DNA of 64,000 bases from positions 14,115 to 78,114 of IMG/VR virus record IMGVR_UViG_3300037424_001682. The stretch is one strand, 5' to 3'. A model generated the notes under the pieces. The model was not told the DNA's origin and did not search any database. It saw nothing but the letters and a program-made list of their open reading frames with translations. This document shows, piece after piece, positions 9,639 to 20,253 of this stretch. The translations under genes and the position numbers were made by a program. The DNA is from a virus. Taxonomy: Duplodnaviria > Caudoviricetes. The first letter of the stretch is position 1. Every line of letters starts with the position of its first letter.

Positions 9639-11000
9639 ATGTTATTAACTGAATCACATATAATTAAACGTTCTCATTCTTTTTATAAAGAAATTGATTT
9701 ATTGTGTTTTAAATCAAAAAATCTTTATAATTATGCTAATTATATTGTGAGACAAAAGTTTATTGAAACATCTAAACTAAAAGAACGGGGTTTAAAACAA
9801 AACGCTGAATGGATCAGATATCACCAGCTACATAGTATGCTTCTTGATCAAGTTGATTATACTGCGCTCCCTGCTAAAGTCTCTCAACAGGTTTTGTTAA
9901 ACCTGGACAGAAACTGGAAATCATTTTTTGCTTCAATAAAAGATTGGGTCAAGAATCCTTCAAAATATAACGGTAGACCAAAGTTACCAAAATATAAACA
10001 CAAAACGAAGGGTAGGTTTGTTTTGAATTATACTTCTCAAGCTGTTTCCAAAACAGAATTAAGAAAAGGGTTTGTGAAGTTGTCCCTGACAAACATAAAA
10101 ATAAAGTACATTAACAACCAATATCCCATACGACAGGTAAGGATAGTACCATTAAAAAATAAGAATTATAAAGTAGAGATAATTTATGATAGAAACATAG
10201 TTAAATACAGTAGTCAGAAACATGCTTTAATGTCAATAGACTTAGGAGTTAATAATTTTGCAACCATAACGACAAATCAAAAAGGGGTGTCCCCTATGGT
10301 GATTAAAGGTGGAATACTAAAATCAATTAACCAATATTATAATAAGCAGTTGTCAAAATACAAATCTGAGTTACCATATTATAATTTTACCAATAAAGAT
10401 GATAACACAGAAAAGAAACAAGTTTCTTATTCTAACAAGATTTACGGATTAACAAGAAAGAGAAACAATAAGATTAATTATTGGATGCATTTGTATTCAA
10501 AAAGGATCGTTGAATATTGTTTGAAAAACAATATAGGAGAAATTGTTGTCGGAGTTAACAAGGGCTGGAAGCAAGAAACTGAAATGGGTAAGAAGAACAA
10601 TCAGAATTTTGTAACTCTTCCTTATTCTAAATTCAGACAGATGTTAGAATACAAAACAGAGTTGGCGGGCATTAAATACAAAGAACAGGAAGAGAGTTAT
10701 ACATCAAAAGCATCCTTTTTAAATTTAGATCCTATACCAGTGTACAGAAAGAATAATAAAGAGAATTATAAATTTTCTGGATACAGGGTTAGTGGTAAGA
10801 GGGGATTGTATAAAATAAAAAACAACACATTACCACAAGGTAAAGAACTACGTATTAACTCAGATGTAAATGGGTCGTATAACATCTTAAGAAAAGCATT
10901 CCCCAATGAGTTTTCGGAGGGGATAGAGGGCATTGTAGTATGTCCAGTGATATTTGATTTAGATCAGATGCACAAAGCAGAGACTGTTAACAAAAGTTAA
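9639..11000 (+). CDS. tnpB: Solo TnpB (IS200/IS605-type) with atypical RuvC-II and no Cys zinc finger
   Basis: SKNLYNYANY, SIDLGVNN, IVVGVNKGWKQ, EESYTSKASFL, NSDVNGSYNI; no TnpA next to it. Confidence 0.85.
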   Translation: MLLTESHIIKRSHSFYKEIDLLCFKSKNLYNYANYIVRQKFIETSKLKERGLKQNAEWIRYHQLHSMLLDQVDYTALPAKVSQQVLLNLDRNWKSFFASIKDWVKNPSKYNGRPKLPKYKHKTKGRFVLNYTSQAVSKTELRKGFVKLSLTNIKIKYINNQYPIRQVRIVPLKNKNYKVEIIYDRNIVKYSSQKHALMSIDLGVNNFATITTNQKGVSPMVIKGGILKSINQYYNKQLSKYKSELPYYNFTNKDDNTEKKQVSYSNKIYGLTRKRNNKINYWMHLYSKRIVEYCLKNNIGEIVVGVNKGWKQETEMGKKNNQNFVTLPYSKFRQMLEYKTELAGIKYKEQEESYTSKASFLNLDPIPVYRKNNKENYKFSGYRVSGKRGLYKIKNNTLPQGKELRINSDVNGSYNILRKAFPNEFSEGIEGIVVCPVIFDLDQMHKAETVNKS

Positions 11001-11181
11001 GGGTTTTTGTTACTATTACAACAAAATATATACTTGTTTATTCATCATTAAAATGTATTAATATTTTAAAGAAAGATATGCTTGATATTGAAGCAGTCGA
11101 ATATTTTGAATCTAAAGTTGCAGGATTATATATGGGTGAAAAAACACCCATATTCATTCATGATCATCTTAATGATTTGTT

Positions 11182-11733
11182 TTATTGATCGCCCACTAAA
11201 AAAGGGACGGTATCTCCCTTGATGGGAATAGCTGTTATCTCTTTCCAGTATGGTCTGAAGCCAGCAATGGTTTTTTTTGTTGTATCTACTACATTTTGAG
11301 CATTTTCGACTTCATAATATCGTGGTCTATCTCCTGATAAATTATATTCAACAATATCTCCTCTATCTATTTCTAATTTTTTTTCTTCTAATTCTTTTAA
11401 ATACACACCAATACGTATTGGTCCAGTATCGTCACGAACCATACCACCTTCGGTGAAAAATTTTTGAGTTTGATCATCAATATTCACCATTGCATTTATT
11501 CTTATTGGAGGAAAGAATTTTTTGTCAGAAGGTTTTACTTGTCCGTAAGGATCATCATCATCAATTTTTGATTCAATAATATTAATTTTATGGAAATTTA
11601 CTTGATATATGACATCTGTATCTAAAAAATGTCTACCAAGTTCAACATCTAGATCAAAAGAACCATCCGTCATAAAAATTCCATAACGATTTTCTTCTAA
11701 ATCAGTAAATTGTAATTTACGCTTTCTTCCCAT
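11182..11733 (-). CDS. Head-tail joining / neck protein (gp14-like)
   Basis: Size, GDIVEY...YYEV motif and position downstream of gp13-like gene. Confidence 0.5.
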   Translation of the reverse strand: MGRKRKLQFTDLEENRYGIFMTDGSFDLDVELGRHFLDTDVIYQVNFHKINIIESKIDDDDPYGQVKPSDKKFFPPIRINAMVNIDDQTQKFFTEGGMVRDDTGPIRIGVYLKELEEKKLEIDRGDIVEYNLSGDRPRYYEVENAQNVVDTTKKTIAGFRPYWKEITAIPIKGDTVPFLVGDQ

Positions 11734-11868
11734 AATTTATTTCTGAAATATATTTATCATTTTCTTTATCATAATGAGTTTTAACAGATATAACTGATCT
11801 ATCATCCCATATTTTTGAATTGATTAACTCTTTAATGTCTTTAAATTCTATTGTTTTTTCACTCATAA

Positions 11869-12987
11869 TTAAAATGCCATTATAGGATATTGTGGTGGTT
11901 GAAATCCTCTTTCGCGGTTAACGTTTTCAGCAATTTTTGCTCTATCTTCAGTTAATTGTACTAAAGATAATTTATTTAATGTATCGAAAATTTTATCTCT
12001 GGTTTCGGTTTTTAACGTTTCCCCTTCATCTAATAAATGACGATAATCCATAGTAAGTTCTTTATCGGTTGCACCAATAGAGCCAGAAAAAAATCCTCGA
12101 ATACCACCAATTACTATTTTAGTTTGAGCTATAAGTAAATCTCTTACTTGTTGTCTTGCTACAGAATTTAATCTATCCCAATCTAACATATCAATAGACA
12201 CATCTGATGGTAATCTTACTGTATCTTGGTTTTCAGCTAAACATTTATTCCTATCGGAAGTATCTGTATCATAATACCAATACCATACTTTTCTACCGGC
12301 ATAATGTTTACCCCAACGATCAGGAATTTCGTTTCTATTCCCAGGAATTGGATATAAATGAAGCAATTTTCTACCATCTTCAAGGCCAGTGATTCTATAT
12401 GTTAATTCAGATTGCAATACTCTTTGTTTCATACGTCTATCTTGTGCTGCAAGTAATACTGAAAATGTTGGTTGAACATACATTGCTGGACGACCTAAAT
12501 ATGACCATCCGAAATTACCTGATTGCCAATTAGATAATGCAAAGGGATCATTTAAACCACCACCTATTGATGGAGGCGTTTCCCAAAGAACTTCATTTAC
12601 TTCTCTACCAGCAGGTATAAGATAATGTTGAGTATTTCCAGAAGTAACAATATAATCTCTTTTTAATTCCCACCCTTGTGCTGCTGGTGCATTGACACCT
12701 AAACCAACTTGTTTTGAATATGCAAAAGTAAATGAACGCATAAAATCATTTGATTTTGTGGTAAATGCATTAAAAAAAGTATTATCATCTATTTCTATTC
12801 CTTGTAAACCCACCCATTGTTGTTGAATAAGCCATTCATTAACGTATGATGAATAATCTTCAATAACTATTTCTAAATATGAATCCATCATTTCGTCATT
12901 AACCTGTATTGGTCGAACAGGATATCCTAAAGCATGTTTTACTTTAAGAAATAATTTATTTCGTTCAACGGTTGATATTAATGTCAT
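11869..12987 (-). CDS. Neck protein (T4 gp13-like head-tail adaptor)
   Basis: LGYPVRPIQV.DEMMD N-terminus and V..L.IA..K...G..RG C-terminal pattern. Confidence 0.65.
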   Translation of the reverse strand: MTLISTVERNKLFLKVKHALGYPVRPIQVNDEMMDSYLEIVIEDYSSYVNEWLIQQQWVGLQGIEIDDNTFFNAFTTKSNDFMRSFTFAYSKQVGLGVNAPAAQGWELKRDYIVTSGNTQHYLIPAGREVNEVLWETPPSIGGGLNDPFALSNWQSGNFGWSYLGRPAMYVQPTFSVLLAAQDRRMKQRVLQSELTYRITGLEDGRKLLHLYPIPGNRNEIPDRWGKHYAGRKVWYWYYDTDTSDRNKCLAENQDTVRLPSDVSIDMLDWDRLNSVARQQVRDLLIAQTKIVIGGIRGFFSGSIGATDKELTMDYRHLLDEGETLKTETRDKIFDTLNKLSLVQLTEDRAKIAENVNRERGFQPPQYPIMAF

Positions 12988-13028
12988 TTTTTTTTATATT
13001 TGTTCTTTTAATATAAATACGTTTAATA

Positions 13029-13346
13029 ATGCATAAATTTGAATACGAAATAAGATTAAATGATTTAGGTGCACCATATATTTATGTTGTTGAGGGGGTT
13101 AAAGAATCAGAACATAAGTTTATGTTTTTAGAAATGTCCAGAAATTTAATATATGGAATAATTAAATCTATGGAAAAAAAGAAGAACGAAGGTAAATCAA
13201 CGTTGAGTGATAATGATATGGAAAAAATAGTTCAAACATTTAACATATTAAGCCAACTTTCAGATGAAGCAAGTCTTTTATATATAGCACAAAAAGAAAT
13301 TAATGATGAATTAGATGACATACTCGGAAATGAAAGAATTAACTAA
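13029..13346 (+). CDS. Hypothetical protein
   Basis: 105 aa ORF preceding helicase. Confidence 0.55.
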   Translation: MHKFEYEIRLNDLGAPYIYVVEGVKESEHKFMFLEMSRNLIYGIIKSMEKKKNEGKSTLSDNDMEKIVQTFNILSQLSDEASLLYIAQKEINDELDDILGNERIN

Positions 13347-13357
13347 AAAAATTAATT

Positions 13358-16300
13358 ATGTTTACTAATACGGCAGAACAGAATAAAATAGAAGAATATT
13401 TTCAATTTGATAGTAGAAATTTATTAATTGAAGCACTCGCAGGGTGTGGTAAAACGCATACTATTGTAAATGCTGTTAGATTATTACCTCCTAATTCAAA
13501 AATAACTTTTTTAGCATTTAATAAACACATTCAAACTGAATTAAAATTAAAATTACCAAACAACGTATATTGCTATACATCACATGGTCTTGGTAGAGGT
13601 GGTATAACTAGAAAATATAAGGATGCTGAATTAGATGAATTTAAAATAGATAAAATAATCACTACAAAGGCAAAAAAATGGGATTTAAGTGATTTTGCGT
13701 ATGAAGAAGAATTGGAATTATATTTAAAATCAATAAAACAATTAACTTCATTATGTAAATTAACACTTACAACACAAAAAAAGAAGATTCCAGACCTTGC
13801 AGATAAATATAATGTACCGATTTTTACTGATAAAGATGTGAATCGTGTATTATCAATATTAGAAACGTCTATTAATGATAAAAAAACATATGATTTTGAT
13901 GATATGGTGTTTTTACCTGCTGTTGATCCTAAAATATGGTTATTTCCACAAGATTATGTACTTGTTGATGAATGTTTTCCACATAACCAATATATTTCAA
14001 CAGAAATCGGAAAGAAAAAAATAGGTCATTTAGCTAAAATGTTTGAAACTGGTAAAACAATGCCAAAAGTGGAAACATTTAATGAACAAACCAAATCATT
14101 CGAAAAGAAAAATATTGTAAAAGTTTGGTGTAACGGCGAAAGAGATATTTATGAAGTTGTTGTTGGTGGGAAAAGAAAAATTAAATCAACAAAAAACCAC
14201 AAATATTTGACTCTTAATGGCTGGAAAAGATTAGATGAATTAAAATTTGGTGATGCAATATTATCTAATTATTCTGACCAACCATATCGTGGAGTACTTA
14301 ATGAACCACAAGAAGATATATTTATTGGTAGTATGTTAGGTGATGGTTCATTACATAATTTATCTAAAAACATTTCAAGAATAAGGATTATTCATGGAAA
14401 GGAACAAAAAGACTATATTGAATGGAAAGCATCTTTTTTTAATTCTAATGTTGAATTAGTTGAAGAAAATGGTTTTGCAAATAAAATTGCATATAGATTC
14501 ACATCTAAAGGATTTTATTTTGATGATAAATATAAAGATGTTAAGAATATTATTGATAATATCACATTAAAATCTTTAGCTATTGCTTGGATGGATGATG
14601 GGAATATATCATCAAATTATTATTCATCAAGATTATATTCGTGTGCCGAAAGTAAAGAACATTCAGAGTATTTGTCTGAAAAAATGGAAAAAATGTGGAA
14701 AATCAAATCACAAGTAAAGTCGGAATTATCGTCTTCAACAAAAAAAGAATATTTTTGGTTGTTGTTTAATAAGGAAAATACCGAAAGATTGAGTAATTTA
14801 ATTTCCCAATTTATTCACCCAAGTATGGAATATAAAATTTGTCCTAAAGATAGAAAAAATATTAATCAAAACGCTTGGAATTTTGATAATAATCAATATG
14901 GGTGTATGATTGTTACGAAAGAAGCGAAATATATAAAAACAGATAATGTTTATGATATGGAAGTTGAAGATAATCATAACTTCATAATAACACCCCAAAC
15001 CTATACCAAAACAGTAAAAGCGAAAGATTATGGATTTATTGCACACAATTGTCAGGATATGAATAGGGCACAACAAGAATTGATTAAAAAAATACTAAAA
15101 AAAGATAATAAAACTGGTGAAATTATTGGTAGATTAATTTCTGTTGGTGATAAACATCAATGTCAACCAAAAGGGACAAAAATTTTAATGTCTGACGGTA
15201 CAGAAAAAAATATTGAAGATATTAAAATTGGTGATTTAGTAGTTTCATATAATAGAAAAGAAAAGGGTCAATTCGTCGGAAAATATATTAGAAAGGTTAG
15301 TGATCGGTTAAGAAATAAAGCACCAAAGGTTGAAAAAATTTCAAAAAGAAAAATAAATGAAAATCTTATAAAAGTTTCATCTAACAATAAATTTTCTTTA
15401 TATACTTCTAATCATAAAGTTATGGTTAGATTTAAAAAAGAATCATTAAATAAATACGTTTTATATTTAATGAGAAAAGATATTCATTACAGAATTGGTA
15501 TTGTTAAATTATGGAACGGTAAAAATGATTTTGGAGCATTTAGAGCAAGACAAGAAAATGCTGATGATTTTTGGATATTAAAAACATATGATAATAAATT
15601 TGATGCATATACTGATGAACAATATTATTCGTTAGAATATAAAATACCTCAATTAATTTTTAATTATAGAGATCAGAAAGGTAATATTAATCAAACCTAT
15701 ATTAATAAGTTTTATAATAAAATTAATAAGGAAGAATTATTAAACAATTCAAATAAGCTATTAAATTTATTTGGCAGAGATATTAGATATCCTTTTTGGT
15801 CAAAAGAAAATAATAATTATTTTAGTAGAAATCATATGTTTGAATTACATGCTTGTAACATAATTGAAAATGATATGCAAATGATTCATTTTGATGACTC
15901 AAACATAACACTTAGAACACACGGTAAAACTAAAAGAACAAATAAAATAATTAGACCAACTTATCATAATATTGACGGATTATCGAAAGAATTTTATTCT
16001 GATTATGTTTATTCCTTAAAAATTAGTAAATATGAATTATATGTTGCAGATGGAATATTAACACATAATAGTATCTACGGATTTTCAGGATCAGATTCTA
16101 ATTCATTTGAATGGTTTAGAAAATACCCTAACACAATAACATTGCCATTAACAACAACATTTAGATGTTCTAAAGAAGTTGTTAAACATGCAAATAAAAT
16201 AGTTCCAGATTTAAAAGCGATGGAAAATGCTCCACGTGGTTCAGTTAAAAATGGTGATGTTTTAAAGGAAGCCCGTAGCGGTGATTTTGTTTTATGTAGG

Positions 16301-16852
16301 AAATCGTTACCATTGGTTAAATTATTTTTTCAATTTTTAGGCCAACATAAAAAAGCAATAATTAAAGGTAGTGATATTGGTAATTCTTTAATTGAAATTG
16401 TTAAAAGAAAAAGAAATATTGATGTACTTAAAGCAAATTTAAAGGCAGAGCTAAAAGATTATGCCCAAAGAGTAAAATCAACGGGAGTATTAAATGTTAA
16501 AGAACATTCTGGATATTCAGCATTGGAAGATAAAATTATGACACTGTTATTTATTGCTGAAACATGTTCAGATATGATTGAATTAAAGGATAAAATAAAT
16601 AGTATTTTTACTGATAAAATTGAAGGCATTGTATTAAGTACAGTACATAAAATTAAAGGATTAGAAGCCGATAGAGTATTTATTATTAAACCAGATATTC
16701 TACCAATGCAAACAGCAAAAGCGTGGGAATATCAACAAGAAAAAAACTTGGAATATGTTGCAATAACACGTGCACGTCACGAACTAATATATGATCATTT
16801 ATGGGATGACGAAAAAATATCCTTGGCAGAGTTAAAAAACACATTGTTATGA
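13358..16852 (+). CDS. UvrD/Rep-like SF1 helicase with two inteins (about 502 aa after splicing)
   Basis: Walker A ALAGCGKT; DE|CQD; VGDKHQ|SIYGF; TFRCS; STVHKIKGLE; YVAITRA. Confidence 0.9.
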   Translation: MFTNTAEQNKIEEYFQFDSRNLLIEALAGCGKTHTIVNAVRLLPPNSKITFLAFNKHIQTELKLKLPNNVYCYTSHGLGRGGITRKYKDAELDEFKIDKIITTKAKKWDLSDFAYEEELELYLKSIKQLTSLCKLTLTTQKKKIPDLADKYNVPIFTDKDVNRVLSILETSINDKKTYDFDDMVFLPAVDPKIWLFPQDYVLVDECFPHNQYISTEIGKKKIGHLAKMFETGKTMPKVETFNEQTKSFEKKNIVKVWCNGERDIYEVVVGGKRKIKSTKNHKYLTLNGWKRLDELKFGDAILSNYSDQPYRGVLNEPQEDIFIGSMLGDGSLHNLSKNISRIRIIHGKEQKDYIEWKASFFNSNVELVEENGFANKIAYRFTSKGFYFDDKYKDVKNIIDNITLKSLAIAWMDDGNISSNYYSSRLYSCAESKEHSEYLSEKMEKMWKIKSQVKSELSSSTKKEYFWLLFNKENTERLSNLISQFIHPSMEYKICPKDRKNINQNAWNFDNNQYGCMIVTKEAKYIKTDNVYDMEVEDNHNFIITPQTYTKTVKAKDYGFIAHNCQDMNRAQQELIKKILKKDNKTGEIIGRLISVGDKHQCQPKGTKILMSDGTEKNIEDIKIGDLVVSYNRKEKGQFVGKYIRKVSDRLRNKAPKVEKISKRKINENLIKVSSNNKFSLYTSNHKVMVRFKKESLNKYVLYLMRKDIHYRIGIVKLWNGKNDFGAFRARQENADDFWILKTYDNKFDAYTDEQYYSLEYKIPQLIFNYRDQKGNINQTYINKFYNKINKEELLNNSNKLLNLFGRDIRYPFWSKENNNYFSRNHMFELHACNIIENDMQMIHFDDSNITLRTHGKTKRTNKIIRPTYHNIDGLSKEFYSDYVYSLKISKYELYVADGILTHNSIYGFSGSDSNSFEWFRKYPNTITLPLTTTFRCSKEVVKHANKIVPDLKAMENAPRGSVKNGDVLKEARSGDFVLCRKSLPLVKLFFQFLGQHKKAIIKGSDIGNSLIEIVKRKRNIDVLKANLKAELKDYAQRVKSTGVLNVKEHSGYSALEDKIMTLLFIAETCSDMIELKDKINSIFTDKIEGIVLSTVHKIKGLEADRVFIIKPDILPMQTAKAWEYQQEKNLEYVAITRARHELIYDHLWDDEKISLAELKNTLL
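13973..15049 (+). mobile_element. Intein A in helicase (359 aa, LAGLIDADG)
   Basis: CFPHNQ ... IAHN|C in Walker B; FIGSMLGDG and AIAWMDDG motifs. Confidence 0.9.
15161..16069 (+). mobile_element. Intein B in helicase (303 aa)
   Basis: CQPKGT ... ILTHN|S; no LAGLIDADG motif seen. Confidence 0.88.
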
Positions 16853-17253
16853 TAAAAGAAATTAAAAACACAAAAAAACAAATTAAATATTTGGTTAGTA
16901 CAAATCTAAGAGATATTATCGTTTTAGTAAGAGAAAAGGTTGGGATAGAATATGTTGATAAAATGAAAATGAAATTTAGAATTGTTGATGAATATGAACA
17001 AATTAATGATGATGATGGGAATATTGGTTATATAAAAACCATTATTGAAAATAATGAAGAAATTCGATTATATACTCTTGATGATTATAATTTAGAAAAT
17101 ATGTTAGATTTAGTTAATTCTAAATATAAAGAAGAAAGATTAATTGAAGAGTTTATCAATTCATCTTTGAAAGATGCAAAAACAATTGAATTTATTGATG
17201 ATGAGGAAGATAAAATTGATAAAGAAAATGATGACATTATTGATATGAAGTAA
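16849..17253 (+). CDS. Hypothetical acidic protein
   Basis: 134 aa ORF overlapping helicase stop. Confidence 0.55.
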   Translation: MIKEIKNTKKQIKYLVSTNLRDIIVLVREKVGIEYVDKMKMKFRIVDEYEQINDDDGNIGYIKTIIENNEEIRLYTLDDYNLENMLDLVNSKYKEERLIEEFINSSLKDAKTIEFIDDEEDKIDKENDDIIDMK

Positions 17254-17285
17254 CCTATTAATATAATTTTCGTATTTATAAATAT

Positions 17286-17909
17286 ATGAAAAAATTAATA
17301 ACTATAGTTTTACTTTTTATCGGAATTATTGTGTATTCTCAAAATGAACCATATAGATATCGTATTTATTTGGGTGTTGAGCAGTATAATAAACTTCAAA
17401 CTGAATATGTCGAAGGTACAGTTATTTTATTGAATGGTGATAAAATAAATGGATTTATAAATAGAGATTTAAGCGAATCTAAATTAAATGTTATTGTTGG
17501 AAATGACACCGTTAAATATATTGGGAATGAAATTATAGAATTCGAATATAAATCCCAATCTAAAATTATTTCGAGAAATATCGATAGTAAATATTTGTTT
17601 TTACAAATAATTCCTATAGAAAAGGGTAAAATTAATGCATATACATATGATCAAATTTTAATTGAAAAGGGGAGGTCATCAGGAGCGAATTTTTTTTCAA
17701 ATTCAACAGAATATAATAGAGTTGTTGAAGTCTATTTTGAAAAAAACGGAATATATACAAAATTAACAAGTAATGATGATGTGTATTTTTTAATATTTGA
17801 TGATAATCGAACAATGGAATATATAAAAGAACTTGGTGAAATCGAATTAAATAATTTAGATAAAATATTACATATTATAGAATTCTATAATATGAGCGTT
17901 AATAATTAA
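17286..17909 (+). CDS. Exported protein with signal peptide
   Basis: MKKLITIVLLFIGIIVYSQ signal-like N-terminus; GTATTTATA at 17272. Confidence 0.6.
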   Translation: MKKLITIVLLFIGIIVYSQNEPYRYRIYLGVEQYNKLQTEYVEGTVILLNGDKINGFINRDLSESKLNVIVGNDTVKYIGNEIIEFEYKSQSKIISRNIDSKYLFLQIIPIEKGKINAYTYDQILIEKGRSSGANFFSNSTEYNRVVEVYFEKNGIYTKLTSNDDVYFLIFDDNRTMEYIKELGEIELNNLDKILHIIEFYNMSVNN

Positions 17910-18172
17910 TTAAATCCACCAGAGGTGTTTCCTCCCTGATTGTTAGCAGATCGAGTATTTAATGCTTGAACTTGAAGTGTTAAATTAGACAATCCTGATG
18001 AAAAACTACCTAATTTTTCATCAATGTTTTTAAATTTTTCTTCCAAATATTTTTGTTGTGCTTCGATTTGTTCTTTAGTATAATCTTTTATGGAATCATT
18101 ATTTGGTTTTTGGACCATAAAATAAAATGCTATGAATATTGATATTATGCTACCAATAGTAGAAAATAACAT
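17906..18172 (-). CDS. Small membrane protein with coiled coil (holin/spanin-like possible)
   Basis: N-terminal TM followed by heptad pattern; function not established. Confidence 0.4.
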   Translation of the reverse strand: MLFSTIGSIISIFIAFYFMVQKPNNDSIKDYTKEQIEAQQKYLEEKFKNIDEKLGSFSSGLSNLTLQVQALNTRSANNQGGNTSGGFN

Positions 18173-18213
18173 TCCTATTGAAAATTCTATTTTAGTATCT
18201 TTATTGATTGAAA

Positions 18214-18645
18214 TTATTTAACTGGTTCATATTTAGCTTCATTCCATCTTAGGGATATATTAGGATTTTCACTATCCATTTCTAACCAATATATCACTGT
18301 TGGGGTTTGTTTCACGAGTACAGTAAATCCGTTGGGGTATGTTTTTGCACTGGTTTCCATTCCATTTAAAATTATTCTAGTCCCTTCTAACCAAGAATCC
18401 GTAACACTACCATTATGAACGGAATGACTTATAAGGACAATTTCATATAAATATTTGTATGAAATTAATGATTTTCTATTTGAATCATCAACTAATGTTT
18501 TTGTTATGTATGCTTCTATTGATACTTTAGTGTTGATTCCTTTAATAAAATTAGCTGTTCCAAAATGTCTATATATTTCTGAATCTTCCCCTAAAAGAAC
18601 AAATGACATTAACAAAAATAATATTGTAATAAAAAATCGTTTCAT
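18214..18645 (-). CDS. Exported protein with signal peptide
   Basis: MKRFFITILFLLMSFVLLG N-terminus; late motif at 18663. Confidence 0.55.
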   Translation of the reverse strand: MKRFFITILFLLMSFVLLGEDSEIYRHFGTANFIKGINTKVSIEAYITKTLVDDSNRKSLISYKYLYEIVLISHSVHNGSVTDSWLEGTRIILNGMETSAKTYPNGFTVLVKQTPTVIYWLEMDSENPNISLRWNEAKYEPVK

Positions 18646-18698
18646 TTTATTATTTTATTTTTTATAAATACTTTTTTGAAGACAAAAAAAATGGAAAT

Positions 18699-20174
18699 TT
18701 AATTATCCGTAAATTTAAAAAATATATTATCTTTATTTTTACTTTTACCTGCACATCTTCTAGATATTGTAGACTGAGAAATATTTTTATAATATTTTGA
18801 TGTTTCTGTTGTTGATTCAAATTCCATTATTGTTTTTAGAGAAACTGGATCATATGCAATAACCCCTTTACATATTTTGTCTTTTTGTTTTTTACTTAAA
18901 CCGAGTTCTTTTTTTCTTTTACTTATTTTTTCTTTTGTTTCGTTTGATATTGATTTACCAAGCCAAAATTTAGGCGAACTATCACTTAAATGTTTTTTTT
19001 CTTCTTTTGTTTTTGTTTTACCATATTTTTTTGCTTCTAAAGTGCCTGCTTTACTAACTCTATTATTAATCCAAATTGTTGTTTGTTTGATTCCTTTATG
19101 TGATGTGGACATTTTTAATAAAGTTTCCTCATTAGGTATTGAATTTTTACCGCCACTTTCTAAATTATATCCAACTTTTCTATTGGTAGAATCATAATAA
19201 TTAATCCAGTAAATTTCTTTTTTATTTAATTCTTCAATATTAGATGCGGTGTCAATTATTTCGAAATTAAAATTATCAAACCCATGTTTTTTAAATGAAT
19301 TATTTAAATATTCATTACCGAATCCTCTTTTATAATCATTAATTCTATCATTAAATGATCTTGTTGTTTGTCCAACATATATTTTATTATTAATCTTATT
19401 TTTTATCGAATATATTAATCCAAAACAAGAAAGATCTCTTTTTGGATATGGTAATAACAAATGTTTTATATTTTTTTTATATTTATTGTTATTTTTTTTT
19501 TTGTCAAAAAAATAGAAATATCTTCTTTTTCTATATTGTGAAATGAATGTTGCGTTTGGATATTTATTTAAAATAATTTCTTTTTTCATAGAACCAAATT
19601 CTTTTCTTATTGATCTAGAATATCTTAATTTACCATCAATAAGCACTGAAAATCTTTTAGTTTCTTTATTATTATTATAATTACCCGACATTAATCCAAC
19701 ATAATACCAATTTAATGACTGGTAAATGGTGCCAATTTCACCAGCAGAAGGATCAACTGTTGCTGTAATTATTCTGTATTTTGTATTTGTTTTTAACCAT
19801 AAATATATTTTAGATATAAAGTATGATGCCGTGTTTTTTGGTGTCCACCATAAACAAACCCCTCTTGATAATAATAATATTTTATCATCAAAACCATATT
19901 TATCCCAAACACCAGTATTTTGGGCATAATCATCTGAAAATATTAAAACACCCCCTAAATATTCTTTCCCATCAATGTTAAAGTAAATACCAAAATGATA
20001 TCTAGTTATTAATGGAATAGTTTTTAACCATTCATATTCTAGAATAATTTTTTTTGCAAGATTTTTTTTAATTGGTTTAATAACAGTATTTTTTAAATCA
20101 CATTTATTGTGATCAAAACTTAATTTTTCAGTTTTTTCTTTTTCTTTTCTTATTTTATATTGGTGAGCAATCAT
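18699..20174 (-). CDS. Mom-like GNAT domain fused to GIY-YIG endonuclease with NUMOD3/NUMOD1-like DNA-binding tail
   Basis: LLSRGVCL...TASYFIS...ATVDPSAGEIGTIYQSLNWYYVG; GLIYSIKNKINNKIYVGQT; LNKKEIYWI; GYNLESGG; ETKEKIS repeats. Confidence 0.75.
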   Translation of the reverse strand: MIAHQYKIRKEKEKTEKLSFDHNKCDLKNTVIKPIKKNLAKKIILEYEWLKTIPLITRYHFGIYFNIDGKEYLGGVLIFSDDYAQNTGVWDKYGFDDKILLLSRGVCLWWTPKNTASYFISKIYLWLKTNTKYRIITATVDPSAGEIGTIYQSLNWYYVGLMSGNYNNNKETKRFSVLIDGKLRYSRSIRKEFGSMKKEIILNKYPNATFISQYRKRRYFYFFDKKKNNNKYKKNIKHLLLPYPKRDLSCFGLIYSIKNKINNKIYVGQTTRSFNDRINDYKRGFGNEYLNNSFKKHGFDNFNFEIIDTASNIEELNKKEIYWINYYDSTNRKVGYNLESGGKNSIPNEETLLKMSTSHKGIKQTTIWINNRVSKAGTLEAKKYGKTKTKEEKKHLSDSSPKFWLGKSISNETKEKISKRKKELGLSKKQKDKICKGVIAYDPVSLKTIMEFESTTETSKYYKNISQSTISRRCAGKSKNKDNIFFKFTDN

Positions 20175-20253
20175 AGAGCCTGATTTTTATTTATACTTCT
20201 TTTTTTATTATTCAATAACAAATATAAAAAAAAGCTGCAAATTTGCAACCATT

